DNA of 64,000 nucleotides from NCBI RefSeq assembly GCF_009914755.1, contig NC_060925.1; one strand, written 5' to 3'. The DNA comes from the human T2T-CHM13v2.0 reference genome, Homo sapiens. Both the position numbers and the translations under genes were made by a program. Of the stretch, positions 54,348 to 64,000 are shown in pieces. Every line of letters begins with the position of its first letter. Within the stretch, counting starts at the first letter, position 1. Below the pieces are notes generated by a model, which ran no database searches, was not told where the DNA came from, and worked only from the letters and a program-made list of their open reading frames with translations.

Positions 54348-54549
54348 CTATATTTTTCTCTGTCCTCTTCTTGCTGGGTAGCAAATACCTTCCACAGGAA
54401 ATGGGCAATGATATTACTGCGATTGTGAATGGTTATAGTTCGCTGATTGGCCAGAGATATGTAGGTTTTCTCGATGGTCAAGGAATTCTTATCCAGCCTT
54501 ATATTCATGTCTATGGCAGCTCCATAGAGAGATACAAACACCTTTTCAC
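54348..54549 (-). CDS. HYDIN: HYDIN (or HYDIN2) coding exon, about exon 8: (G)EKVFVSLYGAAIDMNIRLDKNSLTIEKTYISLANQRTITIHNRSNIIAHFLWKVFATQQEEDREKY(R)
   Basis: Translation matches the HYDIN N-terminal region as I recall it. Acceptor ttcctag|GTG, donor TAG|gtctgt, 202 nt, phase 1 to 2, in frame with the next exon. Confidence 0.95.
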
Positions 54550-55082
54550 CTAGGAATTAACAAAGTACAAACACACTTCAAGATTTATTCTAAAATTACA
54601 CACCTAGGCTATCTTTTTTTCAAGCTGAAGTTAGGCAAAATAGCATAAGCATCAGGATTTCATTCTTTCCACTGTACCCCCATCAGTTCAGAGATGAGAT
54701 ATGATCAGAAAACAAATATTATGCTTGGTGCAGTTATAGAAAAATCAAGCTATCTTGCCTGGTCATTGTAAGAAATATATAAAATATGTATTGTTGTTGT
54801 GGGCACTCCAAAACTTTTTCTTTTTTGTAAATAGCTTTCAATCCTACAGCCTGACCAGGAGGGCAATCGAGTTATAGAATTTTACTCTATGCCTCATCTT
54901 TAGCTCATGCATGAGCTTGATTTGTCATTCTTAAAAATGCTTGTACCAACTATACTTAAGAAGAGCTGCTCAATATGAGAGAATCTAAGTCCATTTGAGA
55001 ACAGTGATCAGGAGGGAAAATTCAGTAACTTCAAAAATAGAAAACTGACTACTTAAAAGAAACCACATCCCTAAACAGCAAT

Positions 55083-55162
55083 TAAAACAAAACAAAACAA
55101 AACAAAACAAAACAAAACAAAACAAAAGAAACACACACACACACATACACACACACACACAC
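55083..55162. repeat. Compound (AAAAC)n-(CA)n microsatellite
   Basis: Read directly from the sequence. Confidence 0.95.
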
Positions 55163-56013
55163 CCCTGACATGTCTGGATAGTGGCCACATAAAAAGAAGA
55201 CAAAAATTGTACTAAAAATTTAAAAATTTTAAATATTAGGAATATCTTTATTCAGTATAGCAATTTAAGCCCCTGACTTTATTCAGGATGCACCAATTAC
55301 CTTGATTCTTAGTATATAAGTGAGTTTTCAAGAAGACACAAACCTATAAACTATATTTGATTTGATCTCTGCAATGTCACAGCAGGTGCATTACTCTGAC
55401 ATCATATAGAAAAAATAAATATCGAAATACCATGAATGTTTTGTTGATTTATGTTGCTAAAGTTTTAAAGCATCATTACTTGCATCTTATTTTTTAGCAA
55501 ACATTTCTGCTCCATTCACTGTTGTATGAACCAGTCATTCAGGAAATCAACAACCCTTTATACATTTTAAATGTTCTTTAGGCTCAATAACTTTGGATGC
55601 AGAAAAAACTTTCCCCAAAGAAAGAAAAAGTAAGCATCTAGGCATTTGACTTTAAAATTTTTATTTCAAAAACTTATATAGAGAGTCAAAATTTCAAGTA
55701 CTATAAAAGCAAATACAATGAAACTAAAAAATATATTTCTCCCCTTCACCTAACTCCAAGTCTGATTTTTAGAGGTAAGAACTGTCAATATTTTCATGCA
55801 CATCCTTTCCAAAAAAAAGGTATGCACTCTTGTCAACTTTTAAACTTTCTTTGAGTGAAATGTAACAATCTGATACGTGAAAACTCATTGTTACTTTAAT
55901 TGGAATATCCTTAATTATGGATGGTGTTGAACACCTTTTCATAAATTAATTGGCTTAAACCAAAGAGAAAACCCCTCCTCCAAATAAGTTAATACTCAAA
56001 GAACTATGCCTTC

Positions 56014-56322
56014 TGCTGGTTGTGGTGGCTCATGCATGTAATCCTAGCACTTCGGGAGGCCGAGGCAGGCAGATCACCGGAGGTCGGGAGTTCAAGACCA
56101 GCCTCATCCACATGGAGAAACCCCATCTCTACTAAAAAATACAAAATTAGCTGGGCATGGTGGCGCATGCCTGTAGTCCCAGCTACTCAGGCAGCTGAGG
56201 CAGGAGAATCACTTGAACCCAGGAGGCGGAGGTTGTGGTGAGCCAAGATCGTCCCGTTGCACTCTACCCTGGGCAACAAGAGCAAAACTCTGTCTCAAAA
56301 AAAGAAAAAAAAAAAAAAAAAA
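56014..56322 (+). mobile_element. AluSp-like with TSD aaagaactatgccttc
   Basis: gtcgggagttc, atggagaaaccc, ggcaacaagagc; 16-bp TSD. Confidence 0.92.
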
Positions 56323-56599
56323 AAAGAACTATGCCTTCAAGATGAGGGTGAACTGGAAGTAGATTAGCCTTAGTGCAGAGTTGAATATCATGCTGGAATT
56401 GCCTATGTCTTGCAAATAACTTCAAACCTTGAATTTGATAATTATTGACTGGTTAGACACTTGGTGAAAGAAACTCAATTTTTTGGGGGGGTAAAGGTAC
56501 TTGCATCCAAAGTTTCAAAATTTTCAACGTTGTTTAAAAAGCACATAACCAAAACATAATGATGCAATGCAAGGAAATAAAACTCCATGTGTTGGAACC

Positions 56600-57340
56600 A
56601 GCAGGTACAAGAAAAATGGAAATAGGCCCACAAAAATATCAGACACTAGGAATCATCAGATAGAAACTATGAACTAATTATACATACTATGTTTAAAGAA
56701 ACAAATGGATTGCTGAAGCCATATGTAGGAAATAGAAAATCAATAAGATCTTTAAAAATTTTGAAAAAAGCCACACTCTAGGACTTACAGAAATAAAATA
56801 GTCTAAATTAGAAAAAACTCAAAATAAATATTTAATAAAATAATTTTATTATTTTTCATGACAAATTAGTGAAATGGGAGGTAGTTCAGAAAACACAAAA
56901 GGCAATATGAAGAAATAAAAATATACGAAAAATACAGTGGATAAGATACAAGGAAGATAAAGTTAGAAGGTCTAAAAGGATTGAATTGGAAACTCTCAGA
57001 AGGAGAGGAAAGAGATAATGAAGCAAAGACAGTATTTCAAAAGATGATGGCTAAGAATTTTGTTTGGAATTAAAGACATCAGTTCACAGTTCAAAAGGCC
57101 AGTGAAAGTCAAATTGGATAAATTTTTTAAAAATCAGACCTGAATATATTGCAGTGAAACTGAAGAAAACCGAAGACAAAGAAAAAATCCTGAAAGCAGC
57201 CTGAGGAAAAAAACATTATTTTTAAAGTTTCCACACTTGGAATTACACCTAACTTTTGAACTGAAACAATGGAAACTAAAAAATAATGGAATGATATCTT
57301 CAATATGACAAAGGTGAAAACAATGCCATTCAAGAGTTCT
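56600..57340 (+). mobile_element. Degenerate L1M ORF1 fragment
   Basis: gatgatggctaagaatttt...gtgaaactgaagaaaaccgaagacaaagaaaaaatcctgaaagcagcc. Confidence 0.7.
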
Positions 57341-57344
57341 ACAC

Positions 57345-57965
57345 AAATTTTCCAGCTTTTTTTTGTCTGCAAATATCTTTCTTTTGTCTTCACTTTTAAA
57401 GAATACTTTAAAAGTGGTATAAATTTGCATTGTTTTCTTTCAGTGCTTCAACAGTGCCATTTGACTGTCTTCCAGCTTCCATAATTTCAGCAGAAAATTT
57501 TGCCATCAGTATTCTTAGTGTTCCTGTTAAGGTAATGTATCTTTTTTCTCTGGGTACTTTTATAATGTGCTCTTTGCTTTAGATTTCAGCCATTTAACCA
57601 TAATATGCCTAAGTTTGGTTTTCTTTGTACTTGTACCACCACAGGCTTGCTCAGTGTTTATAAACCTCTGGATTAAGGTCATGTATCATTTCTGGAAAAT
57701 TCTCAGCCATTATTGCTTAAAATATTTTCTACTCCATTCTTCCTCCTCCACTTTTGAGACTCCAGTTACATGTATGTTGACCTTCTGACTGTGTCCCACT
57801 TGGCTGTTCTATTTTTTCCCCATTCTTTTCTATTTCTCTCTGTGCTTCCGTTTGGGTATTTTCTATTGACCTGTCTTCAGGTTCACTAATCCTATCTTTT
57901 GCAGTATCCATTTTGCTGCTAAAGTCATACCATTAGTTCTTAATTTCCAACACTGTATTTTTCAG
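57345..57965 (-). mobile_element. Degenerate L1M ORF1 fragment
   Basis: Peptide MDTAKDRISEPEDRSIENTQTEAQRE resembles the L1 ORF1p coiled coil. Confidence 0.8.
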
Positions 57966-57979
57966 TATAACATTGTTAT

Positions 57980-59560
57980 TAAAATCTGATAAAGATATAA
58001 CAATGATATAGGCCAATCTATAGGCCAATTGCACTTCTGAATAACAATGTAAAATTTCTGAATAAAAATAGCTAATCATTATATATCAGCACATTAAAGG
58101 AATGATACTTCATAACCAAGTGGAATTTATTCCAGAAATGCAATAATGTCCCACTACTAGAAATCTGTTTATGTAGCAATAGATCTAAGGAAAAAAAATG
58201 GTATGATCCTCACTGATGCTGAAAAAGAATTCGACAAAACTCAAAACGCATTTTAAAAACATCTATAAAATAGAAATTGATAGAATTAAAATATAGTAAA
58301 GTCTCGGTAATTAAAATATTAATAGCATGGTAGCAGTGCATGAAGAGACAGATCAGTGGAATAGAATGAAGTCAAAACAGACCCAAATGCACACTGGAAT
58401 TTAGTATATTATAAAGGCAGTATCTCAAATCATTGGTATAAAGACATATTTGTAAAAAAAAAAAAAAAAGTATTGTTAGGACAACTTCATAGCCATATGA
58501 AAAAACATATCTCATATCTTATATCAGAATAAATGTCAAGTGAGTCAAATATTTAAATGTTCAATATGAAGCCATATATATAAAACAATATAAATGAGAA
58601 TTTCTTCATAACTTTAGAGAGGGAAAAGTTTTCTAACTATGACTCAAAATCCAGATCCCTCTAAAACACTAAGAAATTTGATTACCTAAAAATGAAAAAG
58701 AAACTCATTCAAAAGAAATAAATACATGACCCATCCAAAAACTTGACTGTAAAAGGGATACAGGACCTCTAAGAAACATGTACAGCTGCAAGATAGCACT
58801 AGTAATAAAAGAAATATAAAATATCATTTCATGACCATCAAATTAACAAACAAAAATCAAACAGTTTTATAATATCGTTTTAGCAATATATTGGCAAGAA
58901 TATGGAAAAAGAATTTTTGTATACTTCTGATGAAAGTATAAATTGCCACAACTTGACAAGCCAATTTAGTATCCAGTAAAGCTCAGGATAATTTTGCCCT
59001 ACACCCCAGCAATTGCACTTGTAGGTATTTATCCTGAAGGAAAATCTCACACAGCTGCCCAAGAAGACACTGTACGAAGCTGCTCAATGCAACACTGTTT
59101 TTAGAAGCAAAGAAGTAAATATTCAATTTTCACATACTGGAATGTGGCACATTCATTAAAATGAATCAGAGTAATGTGTATCTACGTGTTTAAATATTTA
59201 AAACAACATTGAATGAAAAAAGCAAGTTGGAGAATTTTATGTACAGTATGATACCATTTATGTGAACTTTAAAACTGCTCAAGACAATACTATATATTGT
59301 TTATGGATAAGTAAATATGTAGGAATAGCATTAAAATGCACCCAGTAAAGCTCCTCTGAGGAGCAAGATATGGGAATTAGATCAGAAAAGGGTAACAAAG
59401 TGGCTTCAGGTCTGTAATCAGTTTGATTATCCAAAAAAAATAAAACCTCTAGAAAGAAATGTGTACGGCAAAAGGTTGAGATGTGTTACATATAACAGGT
59501 GTTGATTATATTATTCTCTGTGTTTTTGTGGTTATCTGAAATATGTCATTGTTTAAAAAA
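57980..59560 (+). mobile_element. Fragmented L1ME-like ORF2/3' UTR
   Basis: ccaagtggaatttattccagaaatgcaa, tgatgctgaaaaagaattcgacaaaa, cccagcaattgcacttgtagg. Confidence 0.7.
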
Positions 59561-62465
59561 ATAATCAAAGGGAATAAGAGATCCAAGGGCTTATTTCACG
59601 CAACCTAGGGGTCAGAGAGACTAATGTCATTAATTTGAGCTGCTCACTGCAAAAGTCTTCCTTCCCAGAAATATAGCAAAAGCTATTTTTTTTTCAAGAA
59701 CCATCCAATATTGATTTTTTTCACCACTATCTTCCAAAACTCATCAGCTCCACAAAGTGAAGGAAGCAATAACTCTTCTCTTATCCCCAAAGCTGTTGAA
59801 GTATTTGGTTTTTATAATACCTACTTTTATAGAGACAACCTGAAAAAGGTTCCCCAACCCTTAGCTACTTTGAAGTGGTTGGAAGTGGTGTCATGTCTCC
59901 AGGAATGGATGGGGAAGCTGTTCCTCAACATTAGCATTCTTTGTGTCCTTGGAGGACCTGTTCCCGCACTGGTGCCTTTTTGGTTTCCGGAGTTGCATGC
60001 TGCAATCATTGTAGATAGGCTTAGGAACAATCTTTTACTACATCCCAATACAGACATATTTTGTGGAAGGTCTCACTATCTCTTGCCAGGTTTGCTACCA
60101 TCAATCAAGTAAAAACAAATATGAACAAAACTAATTTTACAAAAATGAATGTGAAGGTAACTATATATATAATACACTTCATACTATGGTTTCAGTACTC
60201 TCAGACAACAGAGGACACTAAGTTAAATTTATGGGTGGAGCCATAGATTTTCCAGGGAACTAACAAGTTGATGGAAAGTTTTTCATCACTTGGTGACAAC
60301 AGGGTCAAATTCACTACGGTAGTGCATTACTGAACCGAACTTCTTTGGAAGTGCTCTTTGTTCAGGAAACTTAAGCAACTTGATGGCTCACCTGGCATGT
60401 CAGTGGCAATGCCAAAACCGGTATTCTCAGTCTGCACAGAAGGCAGTGTGAAATGCAGAAAGTGTACTGGCCTCAGGGGGTCCCAAAGACCTGGGTTCAA
60501 ATTCCAGCTTTACTGAGCTGTAAAGTCATTTAACGTCTCTGGGCTTCAGTTTACTTATCACTAAAATGAAGGGAGTTAAAGAAACGTCCCTTTAAATACT
60601 AACACCTGCTAATTTGCAAGTCTTCACTTGCTATGAACTTATGGAAACCTTATCTCACTTCCCTAAACATTTAAAGCCCTGACAATCAGAGTGTCTTAAC
60701 TTCTGCTACTTCCTATTCTAAGCTATGGAATAAGAAACAAAGAAAAGAAAACAAGGTCAAGTAATGTTTCCATTGCTTCTAAAGCCATGTTAAAACATTT
60801 GCTTCTTTTACAATACCTCTGTTTGGCTAGATTTTCTAGTTATAACAGCACACATTTATAATTAATAATAATCCCACCATTGAAACAAAGTTGATGTGGG
60901 TAAGTCTGCATAGATATTAATAGATTCAGATAGATATTATTTAGCATTTTCAACTGCAAAGCAGCAACATTACAGTCAATTACTGACTATATTATATTTT
61001 GGTATGCCTCTATTGGCCTTTATGAGGAAAAAAAGAAAAATTCTTTATGGTTTTAGAAAGCTTACTAGAGTAAAATATGTAAATTACTATAAAGCTGCCG
61101 TGTGAAGCACTAATATTATGACTGTGTGTATATTTAATAATAACACACCATCACACCTTTGGGGAAAAAGGTTACTTGCCAACTGCTGACTCCTAAAGTA
61201 TCTCCTCTTCAGTAAGAGACATAATACTTTAAAAAACGCTGAATACGTGCATCAACTCTATTTCCTGAGTATGCCAATGGTTAATGTCACTTCTAAGGTG
61301 AGAAGAGTAACCTCATCAGGCATTGAAGAAGAAACCCCCTACACTACTATTTCTGGTACTCATTCTAGTAACCAAAGTTTCAATACAAATATCTTTTTTC
61401 TTTTTCCTTTTTTTATTTTGTTCAAATGTCTTTTTTGAAATGCTGTTCTGAATAGTAATATCTCCTTGAATCCTGTGATTATATTAATTTCTCAAGACTC
61501 AGTTGAAAAGTGCAAAACTTCAGCAATTAACCATTTGTTTGTCTCTTCAGAGGCAAATGATACTTCCAGTTATTTGTTTGGTTTTGGATTTGGTTTTGGT
61601 TTGGTTTTGTTGTTATCAATGTAGCCTTGAGTAATTGTATTTTTAATCTCTTCTGGAGGGATGAGTTTATAAAAGGTATCACCTTGCATCAGTTCTTTCT
61701 CAATTTTAGACTATAATAAAAAAGATAATTAAATCATTTCTCAGGTAAAATCAACTGCTTAAACAAACTTGATTTTACTATACGCAGGCACCCACAGGGA
61801 GAAAGAGGAAAAGAGAAAGGAGGGGAGAATTCTGGTTCAGAAAAACATTAATGGGTAAAATATTAGATATTGCTGAAACATTTTTATGCTCAACCTCCTT
61901 AATTGCTAGAGCACTGGTTCAAACTCTGGTTGTCAGAAAAAGCAAAGAAATCTCCTAACTTCATTTAATCAAGAATATATTCAGCGGAGGGCCAGAAACG
62001 GAAGGAACAAATGCCACTGTTAGGAACGTGATTGAGTACTTCCTGCTGAGGAGTGTCAATGCTGCTCCTTCTGGAACATTGTTTTAGGAATTATAAAGAA
62101 AAGACTCATCAACAGCCCATGTTAAATTTCCTTCCCCAAATAAATTCATATTTCAAACAGCGGCAGAAAGTTCAATCGGATGCTTATTTAATGAAATGAA
62201 AAGCCAATGATCATGGCTGCTTGGAAAAGCTTCATGATTAATTGTGTTTAGGCAGTTATTAGCATTTTTCACTAATGAAAGGTTATGGATTCTGGTCATT
62301 AACAACCCACAATAAAGATTGAAAGCATATTCTTAGCAGCAGTTCATTTCATGTAAGGAAAAATGCTATAAGACAGTTTACCTCTGCAATCTTCAGAATA
62401 TGACTTTATTCATTCACCAAAGGTAACATCAGAACCTCAGGAGGTAGAAACCAACTTTTCTATGA

Positions 62466-62754
<289 letters not shown>

Positions 62755-63734
62755 TGAATGATTAAATTTTAATACACAAATATTTATTGTGGTTCAACCT
62801 ATCTTTCCTTTAGCACAGCAGTATATATGTAAGTATGGGTGTCATTCCAAATGCTTACATAAAAGTAAAATTGATATCCAGGGAGGCTGGCAAAATGCAG
62901 CCGCATTTCAAAGGCAGCACATCAAGAGAGCACAAATGCACACAGAGTTATATGGGAGATGAGACGATCTGCTATAGTGAAAGAACACTGCCCAGGAGGT
63001 AAGAGGCTGAGTCTGGCTTCTAACTGGGCTTCTATTTGGGCTTCTGATTAGTTCTGTGACCTTGGGTGAGCCACTTAATTTCTTAGGGCTTTAGTTTCTC
63101 TGTCTGTAAAATCTAAGGGTTAGATGAGGTTATCACTGAAGTCGTCACTCAAGTTTTGATTCTATTGAGCTATAAGCACTCTAAATCAGCTGAACTCAAA
63201 ACTCAACAAATAGCGTTTTTTGAAATTATACCCCAACATATGTAGAGTTGTTTATTTATAAATTATACCCATATGCTAGATTGCTCATGTGTCAAATGTA
63301 TTAAAAATACCCCCAAATGTTTAAAAGAATGAGATAAAGATGAAATAAACAATTATTTTAAAGATAATGTATTTACTATTTTTACCAACAATTATTTTAA
63401 TAAGAGTAAAAGGGTTGACTATGCTTCATTCTTTTTCAAACTCCTGATTTAAAATCTCGTGATACAGTGACCCAAATCTAATTCTAAGGCCACATTTATT
63501 CTGACACTTCGTTTCAGCAACTAACATAAGCAAAATCAACAAGGATATAAGACATAAGATGTATGCAAAATCAACAAAAATATGGAGATCCAGACAGAAA
63601 AAAAATGTATCACTGACCATATTTATTAGCAGGCATATGTTTCTTCAGTTTCATCCACTATCAGTACCAGTAACACAATGGTTTTGGCTGAAATTCAGCT
63701 AATAATTTTACCATAATGGGAACAATTACTTAAT

Positions 63735-64000
63735 AGTCAAACAGGAGGTTCAAATATATCTATAATTGCATTTAACATAAAATGACTGAATAGTACAATT
63801 AAAAGACAAAGATTTTCAGACCGGATTTAATAATCAGCCTCATTGGTGATGCTTCCAAATGTCATACTTTAAATGTGAGGAAGGTTGAAAGTGAAAGGAT
63901 AAACAGATTGTACTATGTCCACACTAATCAAAAGAAAGCTTCTATGTTGTATAAATATCAGATCGAGTAGACTTTAGTGTCATAAATCTTACTAAAGATT
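63735..64000 (+). mobile_element. L1M ORF2 5' (endonuclease-region) fragment
   Basis: caattaaaagacaaagattttcagaccggatt...aaggttgaaagtgaaaggat...atatcagatcgagtagacttt. Confidence 0.7.

Noticed and set aside
56600-57965. Convergent L1 ORF1 fragments as a third inverted repeat
   Set aside because: The arms are highly diverged and look like independent old insertions rather than a local duplication.
59711-60112. 133-aa plus-strand ORF
   Set aside because: Non-ATG start, no recognisable domain and no splice support.

Overview
Primate (most likely human) genomic DNA from inside the HYDIN locus (axonemal central-pair protein), transcribed on the minus strand. Five coding exons with canonical AG/GT boundaries splice into one open frame: 54348-54549, 47150-47333, 33212-33311, 11263-11381 and 5746-5969 (202/184/100/119/224 nt; exons 8-12 by my recollection of HYDIN numbering). 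I cannot tell HYDIN from its near-identical human duplicate HYDIN2 using this window alone. The rest is intron filled with Alu, L1, L2/MIR, HAL1, MaLR LTRs (THE1, MST, MLT1) and DNA-transposon fossils (MER44, MER20, Ricksha). No prokaryotic features, RNA genes or CRISPR arrays are present. The main unexplained structure is two long non-Alu inverted duplications in one intron (arms about 330 and 450 bp, spacers about 800-850 bp). Each lies 1.4-2.3 kb downstream of a plus-strand THE1 LTR that keeps its TATA and a DUX4-type motif but has a non-consensus poly(A) signal. In the first inverted repeat, 12 of 13 transition mismatches would be G.U wobbles in a plus-strand (antisense) RNA. This suggests, but does not prove, LTR-driven antisense hairpin RNAs. 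Repeat subfamily names and most repeat boundaries were assigned by eye and are approximate.
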